64,000 nt of DNA from Eledone cirrhosa (Eukaryota), in NCBI GenBank assembly GCA_964016885.1, contig OZ024740.1, positions 334,738,001-334,802,000 of the forward strand. The letters run 5' to 3'. Position 1 is the stretch's first letter, and every line of letters starts with the position of its first letter. The notes below the pieces were generated by a model. That model did no database searches. It was not told the origin of the DNA and saw nothing but the letters and a program-made list of their open reading frames with translations. The position numbers were made by a program, and so were the translations under genes. Of this stretch, positions 41,064 to 53,835 are shown in pieces.

Positions 41064-41138
41064 AACACTATAAATAATTCAATCGCCCGGCTCTATCATC
41101 CTATTATGATGCAAGACAAGGCGATTTCATCAGTTGTT
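41064..41138 (-). ncRNA. Hammerhead-like motif, slightly degenerate
   Basis: Minus strand: aacaa-CTGATGA-aatcgcc...ggcgatt-GAATT-attt-ATA-gtgtt. Stem II is a perfect 7 bp. A15.1 is replaced by T and stem I has one mismatch. Confidence 0.65.
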
Positions 41139-41738
41139 ATTAGCAGAATTATGTAACACAATTGAGTTAGAGAAAAAATAGCAGATAGAAAATAGAAAAT
41201 TTGGTTCGGGGACAGCCTGTAAATATGTTGTTTTATCGATAGTAGGCGGTCCTCGAATGACACCTGATGCAAGCTTTGTGCAATGGTAGGTGTGCTGCAA
41301 GATATAGGGGTTGTCAAATGGTGACAGAAATATATCCGTTTTAGGGAATGGTATTCCATAATTATATTCCGGGCTAGACTGCCGCAGAGATCAAGAGGTA
41401 TTAATCTATTGGTCCTCAGTGAAACACCTCAGTCTACCGTGACGGTATTTAAAGAGGAACACAACTATGTAAACATTTAAGTAGAAGAAAATATATATAT
41501 TGTCTAGAAAAAAATAGGGATTTCAAATAGATATACAAACAATTATATAAAGTGTAAGGTTTCATGAATAATTTGAATGACTAGATTGGGTAATTTTCAA
41601 AAACAATAATATTTACTAGAACTTACAAACACAATGTCCAAATCTCCTAAATTTATGTTAAATGCAGGCAGTTACTTTTTACGTCTCATGGCCAGGATTT
41701 ACAAAACTAAATTATTTGAAAAATAAGCTTTTCCGTGC

Positions 41739-41901
<163 letters not shown>

Positions 41902-42741
41902 TGCTCTGAGGGCTAAATTAGGTGTCGTTTATTTTCAAGCGGTTCGGTAGTCCAGTACATCATTGCAATGTCGAAGGTAAAGAGGTTACTAGTGATCAAT
42001 TATATTCAAAAAGTGAAGGAGACAAAATCGATTATTTATTTAATCAATTTTACTCACTCTCAATCAATAGACAAAGTTAGACTGAACTACGGGTTACTCA
42101 AAGGACCACACGGTACCCATCGATGGATTAACATACCTCACCAACGCCCACATACCGACGAAAATGATATGAGGATATATATGTAGGTAGCGTAATAGAT
42201 TTTCTAGGTTGCTTCCTGGCGCTCTATTTTATGTGAGATACGTTACACATAGCCACACTTAGGTAGAAAATATAAGTATATTGTTATTTCTGGAGTTCAA
42301 GTTAAATTACTCTAAGTAAAATTAAATCCGTGGCTATTATCAAATCTAGGGTCAGCGAATATTATATATCATATTATATATGGAAAGTACTATGCGGTGT
42401 AGTACGATATGATATATATAACCAAATGGTATGAGGTAGACTAAGGTTTCTGACCGACGACTAATACATTATTATCTTTTGATCTGTGCGGCTACGCTCC
42501 GGGTATACTCAAGGATTGGAATTCTGTAAGTTGGATATGGCACTGCCTCCACTTGACAAACCCTAGATAGAGCGGGGACATTGTTGTGTAAACACTCTAT
42601 ATTGTGCCTGCAAAAACTACTGCATAACGTATTTACGATGGGTGATTTGTATAACGTTCAGTGTTTTAAATTAAGTTATTGCATAATCGTTTACCAACCC
42701 GAACCACCAGTTCTACCTATTGTTAAATAGTATATAATAAA

Positions 42742-42819
<78 letters not shown>

Positions 42820-42895
42820 TAATACAAATAATGAAGAAAAACAAAGAAACAGTTCCTTATATTAAACAATTCATAATTTTACGATCGGCGTGTGC

Positions 42896-42941
42896 TAGGC
42901 TCTGATGAACACTAATAGTGTGAAACAGATCTGTGAGCTTA
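42896..42941 (+). ncRNA. Minimal type I hammerhead motif with GUG at the cleavage triplet
   Basis: taggct-CTGATGA-acact-aat-agtgt-GAAAC-agatct-GTG-agctta. Stem I is 6 bp, stem II is 5 bp and stem III is the perfect palindrome ACAGATCTGT. It lies in a 200-bp island (42816-43015) between (TA)n tracts. Confidence 0.8.
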
Positions 42942-43012
42942 TCTCCCTTTCCCTTGTTGACAAAAGAAGTAAGTGACAAAGTCACTACTTTAAAATAATA
43001 GCGCAAGTTTTT

Positions 43013-43058
<46 letters not shown>

Positions 43059-43079
43059 ATATATATATATAATATATAT

Positions 43080-43659
43080 AATTGGTCGTTTTGGAAGCCT
43101 CAACAATGCAGATGGGTAAATCTCCGGGTAACAGAATCAGGTGGTAATGAGAGAGATATAAGAGGAAATGTAGATTGAGACGTATAGGGTGAAGAGGAAC
43201 GTAGGAAAGAGTGTAAAAATAATAACACGAGATAGAGTTACCTTGGAAGTGATTTAAGTGTCCCTATATTTCTGATTTCGCATCCATCAACTGGAGATTT
43301 TTAGTCGGAGAGGAACAACACGTGGCCTCTGTTGTCTACTGTGTGTGGACGACAGAGGCCATGTGTTCTTTCTCTCGGACTAGAAGCTTTCCCCACGGAA
43401 AACCCCCAGTTGATGGATGCGAAATCAGAAATATAGGGGCAATTATATCACTTCCAAGGTAAATCTATCTCGTGTTATTATTTTTACACTCTTTCCTACG
43501 TTGCTCTACACCCTATACGTCTCATTTTACATTTGCTCTTGCATCTCGCCCATTACCACCTGATTCTGATACCCGGAGATTTACCCATCTGCATTGTTGA
43601 GGCTTCCAAAACGTCCAATTTTATTATTCCACAATGCTTCAAGCAAACTTCAACACTTT

Positions 43660-43662
<3 letters not shown>
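43080..43662 (+). mobile_element. TA-flanked fold-back element (~260-bp arms)
   Basis: About 43080-43338 is the reverse complement of about 43346-43620, with scattered mismatches and one ~20-nt indel. Confidence 0.85.
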
Positions 43663-43727
<65 letters not shown>

Positions 43728-43729
<2 letters not shown>

Positions 43730-43894
43730 TTATCCCGGGTTCAATCGGGAGTAACCACAAGCAGAGTATAAATGTTTAATATAGAAAAGCTTCTACAGGA
43801 CTAGAACTGATTTCATTCGTGAGAAATCATCTGATTTCTCACGAATGAAACAGTTCTAGTCCTGTAGAAGCTTTTCTATATTAAACATTTATAT
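43728..43894 (-). mobile_element. TA-flanked fold-back element, sibling of 7662-7850
   Basis: Arms at 43767-43829 and 43832-43894. It has the same GTTATxCCGGGTT..GTAACCAC end and the same TGA-tttc-tcac-gaat-GAAAC-agttcta-GTC motif. Confidence 0.85.
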
Positions 43895-44045
43895 ATATAT
43901 ATATGGTTTCATAAATATAGTTTCCATTTATTAATATCGTATATCTACTCCAAATACTTGTCGAGTGCTTTATATCAGTTATAAAAATATTAACTTGTTG
44001 TATCCCAACAATTTAAATAGAACTTTTGCAGATATATCTATATCA

Positions 44046-44088
<43 letters not shown>

Positions 44089-46369
44089 AGTGTGTGTGTG
44101 TATGTGTGTGTATATATGTGTATGTGTGTATGTGTGTATGTGTGTGTGTGTATCTATGTGTATGTGTTTGTGTGGTGTGTGTGTGTAAGAGGTTCCAACA
44201 CTGGTATTGTGGACACAACCATTCGGACATAGAAGCATATATCGAATGGCAATAACATACATGGAAACCTTGCTGAAAGACACTGGCTTCAACAATCTAG
44301 ATGAATTCAGCGTTGAAATAATGGAAGAAGAGAATTGAACACGACGTACTTATCTGATGCAAGCGGAAACACGGCTGAAATGAAGAAAAACTCTCTTTAA
44401 AGTGTATTTGTTGAATTTCCTTAACATACACATATTGTGTGTGATTGTAACGCGTCACTATCTGTTTGTAGTAAATATCAAAACATCATAATTGAATCAT
44501 GAATTGATTTATTGATATTCTGTATCGAGCATGATGTTTATAATGTTTGGTTTACTGACCCGTAACTCGAAATATCAAATCTACGAAGCGTCCGTTGTTG
44601 GAAGACAAGTTAAAAATACCGAAGAGACAAAAAGAGGAAGTTTGTAAACCGTAGATGTCACGGATCTGTAATAACGTTTTTCATTCGCAAATAAGCAAAA
44701 CGCTCGCCGTGATTGTGGTAAATTATTAAGAGATAATGATTGAAGAATCGATTGTATAATTGAACATATAGGGATAAAGAAAAATATATTGAAGATCAGT
44801 TTGAGTTTGCACGTGGAATTATTAGTCATCTTTCACCGCAGAAAATGTTATAACAAGTTTCTATTACAGTTATGTTTATTGTTAAATTTGCCCTAGTATT
44901 TTCAATATTTCTTTTCATTACTGCAAGAAGTCGTCCTATTTTCTCCGGTTCCTTTCGAAAAAAATGTTCATATTTATCCATGTAGAAAAAAAAATATTGA
45001 TAAATGAAATAAATCCCTACTTGAACTGAAATGATATTGCAGTTTCGTCTGTCTCAATCTTGTAATTGTGGTTACAATGAGTCACGCCAGCTGCACTACA
45101 GTACTTGATACATGAACGTAAAACATATTATATATCATATGTAACCAGGAAATTATGAATGGGGAACTAAAGAATTATCAGCTTTCAGTCAAAATAATAC
45201 ATAATTTTTCATTAAAGTTGATTGATCTGTAAACGTTTTAAATATCTAAATCTCATAGTATCGATAGAGTGGGAGGTACATCTTGCCTCCATAGAATTTA
45301 GGTGTGTTTCAATTATAATCTAGGATCGATTCAAACAAAAATATTAAACAAAAATAATTAAACAAAATAATTAAACGCAGTGGAATCGAATCTGGAAACT
45401 TGTGATTGCCTAGAAATATTCTTAAGCAATGTTTGTGATCATAACATAAATCAATGTAGATTTTAAGGAATAATATACAGCATAAGAACTAATTTCCATT
45501 CACTCAAACTGCTGCAACGTAACCCGTGCATATACTATTACAAACATAAGCGTTAAATTATTATTAAACTGGTAGCAGATTTTATGTTCACTTATTCGAA
45601 CATATATGCTTTAGATTCAAAGAAATGTTCTTCCACTCATCTAGAGCACGTATCATAATAGCATGTTCATTATGATTGTACTCCAAAATATTTTGCACAC
45701 TATAAAATCGAAATTAAATATCTGTCTATTATGTATATTTTGAATCAAAGCATATATTAATATTGATACTATGCATATTTACCTCTCAATAAAACGCATT
45801 TGAAGTATGTCTAAATACTTTCCGTTGAAGTGTAAACATTCTTGCTAAAAGGGCTGCAGTAGCATTCAGAATTCTCTAATGCTTTTTCATAATTCTCATG
45901 TAGTTTGTACCATTGAAACCGGGCTGGTGTTAATATCACTTGCGATACAACTGCAATTTCAGTATTTCGTTAAGTGTTTGCATTTTCGCCTATTTCTTCC
46001 CGTTAATGTTCTGTATAGCTATTGATCATGACTTTCGGCATTTACACTGCAAACAACATCGACAACAACAACGTGCCGTTTTATGCAGTGTACATCCGTA
46101 AGCTAACAGTATGAATAATTAACTGTTTCCTCATTGAGATTTATTCACTGATTTAATGAGACAACAATTCAAGTGCTCTGAGGAGAAAGATTTTTTTCGG
46201 AAAGCTATTTTAATTAACTTTTTTTTCTCTTTTCTTAAATAATTACTTTACGCTCTGGAATCAATTGCACGCTTAACAGTCATCACGAACATCATCACTA
46301 TCAACATAGCTGTCATGATCATAGTGTATTTCCTCCTGCTCCGCAACGTCAGCAACAGCATCATGAATT

Positions 46370-46431
46370 CTTCTTCTTCTTCTTCTTCTTCTTCTTCTTC
46401 TTCTTCTTCTTCTTCTTCTTCTTCTTCTTCT
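46370..46431. repeat. (TTC)n microsatellite
   Basis: Direct reading. Confidence 0.95.
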
Positions 46432-47799
46432 CCCACTCTCACACTTTCACTTGTTCTTCCTCATGCACGTTTTCTACCTCTTCTTCGTCTTCTTCGTCTT
46501 CTTTGTCGACGTCCTCTTTGACACAATTGCCGTCACTTACGTCTTAGCTTCTCTCTAATTTTCACAACCATCTTTTTCTTTACAATATCATTTACCGACA
46601 ACAACATCATTCCCATTCTCATTGTCAGCAGGAGCACCAGTAGCATACGTTGATTCCGTGTATCACCACTGTTACTTCTACAGCACTATAATTCTCATGT
46701 CTTATCATTTTCAATTAAACACTCTTGCCTAATTTGTTTGTTTCAAATATATATATATATTTAATTTATAAATTCTTTGAAATGTTAGTTTGCTTTTCTG
46801 TTTCAAACCTTCGGGTCACTGTAGTCACGGCTTGTAAACATTGGTTTTAAATTAAATTACATGTCACTATCAATTATAAATAATTAAAAAGTAGTAACAA
46901 TTAGTTCAGCATTTTATAGCAATAGAACAACTTAACAGACGTCGACATTTACGTTATCCAAATATATTAAGAGTAGTCGGGTAGCAAAATAACATACTTT
47001 CATCTTAAATATCTATATATGCAAACATGAATGGTGATACCAGTAATGGTTTCTTTCATCTAGGAACAAGCATGCTATAGTTAAATGTATGAGCAATGTG
47101 ATGTAGTGAAGTCAAATATCCAAATGATGATTACGGTTCAGGGGAAATGAAATATCCTTAACGTGAAATAAAAACCACGCCATCCACTGCACTTAACACG
47201 TCGTGTACAGCGCAAGTGTCAGTGGAAACAAGATCTGTAGAAAAGATGTAGCAAAGAGTAAGTTTACTACGAATGTTTATAAATATATATTAATCATAAC
47301 GAACTACATTTCTCATTTGAGGCAGATATTTTGTCTTGAAATAGCTTTTTTCTTTGTTCATGTTTTGTTATTTACGATTATAGACGTGTAAACTTTGTGA
47401 TTGATACTTTATTTACTTGGTTTGTTTCTCTCCATAACATATTGACATGTAATCTTCCAGAGACAATCAACAGAAAAGTCTAATGAAAATAAATTCAGTG
47501 ATACAATGTTTGATACGTGACATGTTTTCCAGCTGTTCTTTAAATATTAAATCAATGTATTAATATATTTATATCTGCATGCATGTATGTGTAACCCAAT
47601 AGTAACAATATAGATACGATGTAAGTAACCACAGGTTTATGACAACTCAGCGTATCAGTGGACAGAGTTAAGAAGGCGTTAGCCCCAAGGATAGCTAGGA
47701 AGATGACATAAAAACGCCACTCTGTTTCGTGCGGTTCATTTCTAAGGAACGTCAAGACTACAATGACACCAGAAATATTTTCACCGTTGTATATTTAAC

Positions 47800-49140
47800 G
47801 ATATACATTGAAAGTCTGCTGGTAATGTAATTTTCTGCCATCCACTGTCATCGTACTGGGTGATGCATAACTACCCCATAACAGACGGCAATGCGAAAAG
47901 TAAAATAAAGCTTTGCCAGGGTGAAGATTTCCATTTTGAGGATGTGAAGTGTGGACTTGAGAGTCGATCGTATGGCAAACAAAGGAATCGATGAACCAAG
48001 GGTCACCTTGTGGAGTGCTAATATTTCGAAGGCTTGCGGTATTCAAATTGATGGGAAAATAATCCTGGGAGTGTAACCGTATTTTCCGGACATTTGGAAG
48101 TCTAATTTAGACAACATGACATCTTATGTGTACCAGTCGACAACAAGGATACGGGTTAGCCAAGCTCCAGTATGGTTTTGGGATGCTGAGCGTAAACGTG
48201 GAAGATGGTGCTGTCAAGAAGTCACAACTTTCATCACCTTCGAGGGCCACGCATTTTCCTTTGGGAAATGGAGGCAAAGTCGTATAGGTACCATTCGAAT
48301 ATCCCGACCGCAGTATTTTCTAATGTTTTGTGTTTACACATGTTGCTAATGACAAGAACCTGGAGACCGGATTCCATGGACACCGAATCTGAGTGTCAAG
48401 GTGGTTTGTTGCCATCCGACGTCATCAAACTAAAGATTCCGAATGGTATATAAAATCTTCGACATGGAGAAACAGTTCATCGGCAGAATGACAACGGAAT
48501 CGCGTCATTCATGCTTAGATTTCTGTCCAATATTTCGAGCTTGTGAAGCTTGGACCTGAGACTCTATCGAGTGTGGTAAATAAGGGAATCGTTGAACCAT
48601 GGATCAAACATCTTCTCGTGTGATCTTCTGCACCTGATAGAATATCGAAAAATGACGGTGATCTTAGAATTGTCGGTGTCGTAATTCATATTCATGAAAT
48701 CTGACTTCGATGAATTGAACTCGAGGCCTTTCCTCACCAGAGACACGATAACTCTGTTGAAATCCCTGCATATATTAATCCCTACAGACACAACTTTACA
48801 CTCACAGAATATCTGAAGAAGATGGGAGTACTAATCCTACTGGGGCCTTCGACTCAACCCCAACATGACCACTATGACATCATTCCATCTCAGCACTAGA
48901 CAAATTAATACGGATCTCAAGGACGCCTTCTGTGATAGACCTGTCAAGATTGAACCTCACCCTAAATATTTTGGTGTAAAATTGGCTTGCAAACTTTCCT
49001 ACCGAGACCATCTAACGAGAGTTGCCGGAAAGCTCAAGGCTAAGATTAATAATATCCACAGCTGGGGTTATGATACACACGCACTACAACTGCGTGCTTA
49101 ACACTTCCATACTCAGTTGAGCAGGGAGCTGCATTGCCAA
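47800..49140 (+). mobile_element. Decayed LINE RT fragment (I/Nimb/Ingi-like)
   Basis: ORF 48865..49101 (TSFHLSTRQ..IEPHPKYFGVKLACKLSYRDHL..SWG) matches the FHL..PKYLGVTLDRxLxY..WG pattern at the end of RT in I-group LINEs. The 5' boundary is uncertain. Confidence 0.7.
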
Positions 49141-49199
49141 ACAGGTTAACACCGTTCTCTCACATTTGCTCCTGGTTTAATTCCTCCCCCAGTTTAGAG

Positions 49200-49930
49200 T
49201 CGGTATGCATAACGATTACCATCACATCCAACCTTCTAAAGACAGCAATAGTTTGTCATCCTCAAAATAATCAAGAGGAGGTCTCGATCAAAGGGACCTA
49301 GAGTGGTTCGAAAGAACCTCTTAGTGAGTGCAACAGTCGCACTCAGCAGTAGAAGCCTGGTCTCAGCTCGGTGTGAAGAAAGTATGACTATGTCGCAACC
49401 TGGTGTGACACCGTCAGCACACCCTCTTCTGATAGCATTGAAAGACATCATGGCAGATATAATGTTAATATTGTCATTGATTAGTATCACTTGTTGCAGG
49501 CCACTTCTATCGGTACCAGAGCTGTGCGGAGTGAAACAAAACAAGCACTGCCCGATGGAATTCAAAGTCCACTCAATTGAAAATCCGAAGATTTTGCAGA
49601 AAAATTCCTGAGTCAACTGTGCTTTGTTAGTGAGGTTTGAATACGAAAGAGATTTACTCTCTCCTTTGAGGTTAACATGGTTAAATGGGAAAGCTTTGAA
49701 CCCCATCGGCTGAAACAGACGTATGGTAATTGGTGATGATAATCTTATATTGAACAGTTCCGATTTCTCTTACACCAGTTGACGTTCGCGCAATTGCTAC
49801 AAGAAGCTCTCTGCTGGAGTAATGACCCAGGCGGTGATCTGTGACTTGAGCATTGTTCAATATCTTAAATGTAAAATCTGTTATATCCGTTAGCCATTTC
49901 TCTGGGGTGGAATGGTTTTTGTATTGTTGG
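49200..49930 (-). mobile_element. Decayed LINE RT fragment (RTE-like)
   Basis: Remnants GVTPGC (~GVxQGC) and NYHTSVS (~NYRGISL) lie in broken frames. Confidence 0.45.
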
Positions 49931-49962
49931 AGGATTTAATATGTTGAGGTAATATTAAATAT

Positions 49963-50304
49963 GGCGGCACATGGCTTAGTGGTTAGAGCATTGGCCTTGC
50001 AATCGAAAGGATGTGAGTTAAATTCTCGGACCAGGTAAAGTGTCTTGAACAAGACACTTTATTTCACATTGCTCCAGTTTACTCAGCTGTAGAAATGAGA
50101 TTATAGGACTGAGGTCCATATCATTCCACTGCAAAGTGGTCATGGAGGTGCCACGGCAGAAAAGCACCCAGCACTCACTGTAAATGAGGTTGGTATTAGT
50201 AAGGGCATCCAGCTGTAGAAATCAAGCCAGAATCAGTTCCCGTCCCACCCTTGCAAGCAGGGAAAAGCGGATGTAAAATGATGATGATGATGATGATGAT
50301 GATG
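49963..50304 (+). mobile_element. tRNA-derived SINE (family B) with (ATG)n tail
   Basis: A box TGGCTTAGTGG, B-box-like GAGTTAAATTC, core CTTGAACAAGACACTTTATTTCACATTGCTCCAGT, 3' region AAGGGCATCCAGCTGTAGAAA..GCGGATGTAAAATGATGATG. Confidence 0.88.
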
Positions 50305-51150
50305 ATCGATCTTGTTCTGATGTTCGCAAATGTGCTTAATTGGCACATTAAAGTAAATTATTTCGATGCGTGGTTAAGAAAATTACGAATGAGAAAAGAC
50401 AACAGCTTGAGTTCTCATAAATTACAAATTTATATGAAACTCATGAAAATACTTTCTTATTTTCACAGGTATGCCGTAACATAATGTGTTGTGAATCTGC
50501 GAAGAAGAAATAAACGTCCAGTGTAGCAGTACGCAGAACGAACTTCCCTTTTAATGAAAAGAACTGGCGTGTAAAAATAAATGCTGATGTACACATTTCA
50601 AAGCCAGACAAAATAGATAAACCAAAGATTTTATATACATATTTATATAGTTTCCAATGTTATCGTGAAAGTAGAAATTCAAATTACATCCTTAAAATAA
50701 ATTCAACTTTCTGTTATGAGCTATGGACCAAAGCATTTAATTTACATACCAACGGCATTGCCAATCAATATTTATATTAAAATGTGTGCAATATTTCTAA
50801 TTATATTCCATTTCTATCATACGAATATTTACAGCTTTCTTGTGAGGAAAGCAACATTTATGCTTGTTATTAAATATCATTAGAAATTATGCTGGGAATC
50901 TAGAAAGTTTGGCTTCAATTCGGGAGAAAGTTTTATTAAAACTAAAAAATACACAGACACAAAGCTATTTGTGAGAAACTATTTTCTCCATGCCAGGCGA
51001 CATAATATTATTTGGTGCAATACTGTAAAATTCAGAGTCATTATTATATTTACTGACAACACCCTTTTACGAAGTTTCTTGCATAATGGTTCAACAACAA
51101 GTGAGGATTATGCATCATAATATTGATTTTCTGACGGCTTATATATATAT

Positions 51151-51552
51151 ATGGTGGCTGCCAACTCTTTTTCGAGTACGGCCACTACTTTATATCCATG
51201 TAGGAGAACCCCTACTGATGCGCTGAACGAGTGTGACTTTTTAGTCCAGCCAGCGACTTGAAAACTCTGGTACAAACACTACACTTGTGACAATTACTGA
51301 CACACAGTGCTGGGCCCATTGTACCCTGTGATGAGAGATCTCCAGATATAAAGCAATGCCTGTGCCGTGAAGCTTTTATAGTGAGCAAAGGCACTGCACA
51401 AAGCCAGTCCCACTCTCTTAACCAATATGATATTCACCAAAAAGAAGAACACGTCAACGTCATTGGATACCATCAGGGTTGCAGGTGCTATATCAGAGTT
51501 TTCCTTCTCCTAGAATTCTGCCTTGACAAAGACTAAGGGGTCATCTCTCCTC

Positions 51553-51553
<1 letters not shown>
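51151..51553 (-). mobile_element. Short bipartite RTE-like derivative (5'UTR-like head fused to 3' zinc-finger tail)
   Basis: The minus strand starts with CTAGGAGAAGGAAAACTCTGA (RTE 5'UTR-like) and ends with a C2H2 finger, CSVCTRVFKSLAGLKSHTRSAH*, a short 3'UTR and (TA)n. Confidence 0.6.
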
Positions 51554-51609
<56 letters not shown>

Positions 51610-51634
51610 TATATATATACACACATATATATAT

Positions 51635-51956
51635 GAAAATGTATGACCCCGACGGCAGAGCTCAAGCCGTATCGACGGCTATTTCAGTCCAGAAATAGCC
51701 GTCCAAAACGGCTTGAGCTCTGCCGTCGGGATCATACATTTTCCTATTACCCACTCTACTACCCTAAATATTGAGTACTCTGGTGCGTTATGGTCCATCT
51801 GGTTCCATACCACAAATATAATCAGAAATAGCCGTCGAAACGACTTGAGCTCTGCCGTCGAGGTCATACTTTTTCCTATTTCCCACTCTACTACCCTAAG
51901 TATTGAGTACTCTGGTGCGTTATGGTCCATCTAGTTCCTTTCCACAATTCCTTTGT

Positions 51957-51957
<1 letters not shown>
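51635..51957 (+). mobile_element. pLTR-like fragment with a short inverted arm plus two tandem direct copies
   Basis: 51635-51685 is the reverse complement of 51692-51743. Direct repeats lie at about 51690-51815 and 51823-51957. Same family as 8003-8150, and TA-flanked. Confidence 0.85.
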
Positions 51958-51982
<25 letters not shown>

Positions 51983-51987
<5 letters not shown>

Positions 51988-52440
51988 ATTAGAGTTAAAA
52001 CTCAATTGGAACCCTGTAACTATTAAGCTCCAAGTATAAAAATACTGAGCCGATTAATAATATATGGTAAGAAACACAGTAAACCGTGTGTCTAAAATTA
52101 CAAGGGTTGAAAAACCACATTTGTTTGAAATATTTAACCAAGAAGCAGACAGAATGATAAAATAAAAATATATTTTTATACAAACCGCCTCAATAACCAT
52201 TATATCTCTCGGACAGATTATCCCTAATCTGTTTCGCCCTGAGTGTGTTTGTAACAGATAATCCTGGGCTTCATCAGCGTGAGAATCTGATTAAATGCAA
52301 CAAACACTATTTGCCAACGTTCACACAGAAAGATGAATTTGTCACCTCGTGCTCCGGTAGCCAAACGTGGTAAGCGTGTATTGAATAGAAATAACAGTCC
52401 AACACACGCAACTTAATAACCTCAACTTGTGAGGGAGCAG
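51983..52440 (-). mobile_element. TA-flanked non-coding element with hammerhead (family shared with 60062-60408)
   Basis: Homologous to 60062-60408 in the ribozyme and in the downstream ..GGTTATTGA..ACACACGGTTTACTGTG segment. Confidence 0.8.
52205..52284 (-). ncRNA. Type I hammerhead ribozyme
   Basis: Minus strand: tctcacg-CTGATGA-a-gccc...gggc-GAAAC-agatta-ggga-taatct-GTC-cgagaga. Stem III is 8 bp, the triplet is GUC, and there is one extra nucleotide after A9. Confidence 0.85.
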
Positions 52441-52533
52441 AAATATATATGAGATATATATATATTGTTATGCTTTGGGAGGGTCATGTTGCCAATAAGG
52501 AATATATATATATATATATATATATCAGAAACG

Positions 52534-52630
<97 letters not shown>

Positions 52631-52974
52631 TAATTATCTAGATGGATTGATAAAAAAATTAGAAAAAGGTATATGAACATATGAACATTTATTTATTGAA
52701 ACCAAGAATATAGAAATAATTGAGAAAATATTCGACTCTATGAAGACATACATCTCATTTTTTTCCAAAATGGCTCAGTGAACACATGCGTGATTCCAAT
52801 CCGATTTCTTTTTCGTTTCATCCTCTCTCACTTTTTTTCATCTCTCTCTTTCTTCTTTTATTTCTAATTCGATGCCACTTCTTCCACTATATCAAGCGTT
52901 AAATTAATATATATTTTTATTGTACTGCATTGTTACTTGTCAATGCATAGACACACCCAAACATAATCACACAC

Positions 52975-53800
52975 GCTCCAGGGAGTTATATTGGCTTCCT
53001 ACCTGTTTATCATCGACGTGGACTATTGTATGCGCCTTGCGCCGGAGAAACACATGGACTCTGGCTTTACTGAAACACCAGCTGAGAGCAGGAGAGTTTA
53101 GGCGAAATAGATATCGGATGCTGCATTTGCCAACGACATAGTTCTGGTGACAAACACAGTGAAGGAGGCAGAGGATTTGATGCAAGAGGTGGAAATTGTG
53201 TGAATGAGATTAAGACGAAGTATCTGGTAGATACTATTAAGAAGCGAGAGAAGATTACTAATGTAGGCGGGAAGCCGCTAGAATTGGTTGAGAACTTTCC
53301 GTATTTGGGAGCAAAGATTGGAAACAGGGAAGATGATGTGGTCGAGAGGAAGTGCAAAGCCTTGGCGGCGTGCCACAATTTGAGATTGGTGTGGAAGTCG
53401 GACCTTCGTAAAGACCTGAAGATCCGTCTCTTCGTTGCTGTAGTGAAGTCTGTGCTGCTGTACGGGTCTGAGACTTGGACACTGTCCTGTAAACTCACTC
53501 AGATTGTGGATGGGTGCTACTCGGGGAATGCTGAGGATGGCTCTGAACATTAATCACTGAGGATGAAGAACTCTGTGCTGCGGGGGAGCCGCCCAAAAGT
53601 CAGCTCGTGAGTGGCACAGAGGAGACAGGTTAGCTAGTCATGCTCACCGACATCCAGAGTTGACACGGCACTCAGTGCTCCTGTGGAAGACTCTGCATGG
53701 ACACACTGGAAGAGGAAGACCAAGGTTAACATACGTTGATGCCCAGTGAGGGAAAGAGACCGCTGGAGAGAACACGCCCATGATCTCGGGAATTTTACCC
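52975..53800 (+). mobile_element. RTE-clade LINE fragment (RT C-terminal half)
   Basis: LASYLFIIDVDY, DAAFANDIVL (~DFADDIAL), VENFPYLG and KIRLFVAVVKSVLLYGSETWTL; frameshifted. Confidence 0.85.
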
Positions 53801-53835
53801 GCCCAAGATAGATGTGTGTGTGTGTGTTAACCACC

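Noticed and set aside
42435-42515. Minus-strand GAAAC-ctta-GTC possible hammerhead 3' half
   Set aside because: No recognisable CTGAnGA core or stem I/II partner was found.
44581-46060. Exon-like GC-richer patches near 44620-44665 and 45910-46045 on the minus strand
   Set aside because: Splice signals are weak or the frames are closed, and no recognisable protein motif is present.
49963-50035. tRNA gene
   Set aside because: It has A/B boxes but no complete cloverleaf, and it continues into a SINE body and tail.
51212-51300. Host C2H2 zinc-finger gene
   Set aside because: It is a single finger with no splice context, followed by a LINE-type 3' tail and microsatellite, so a retrotransposon C-terminus explains it better.
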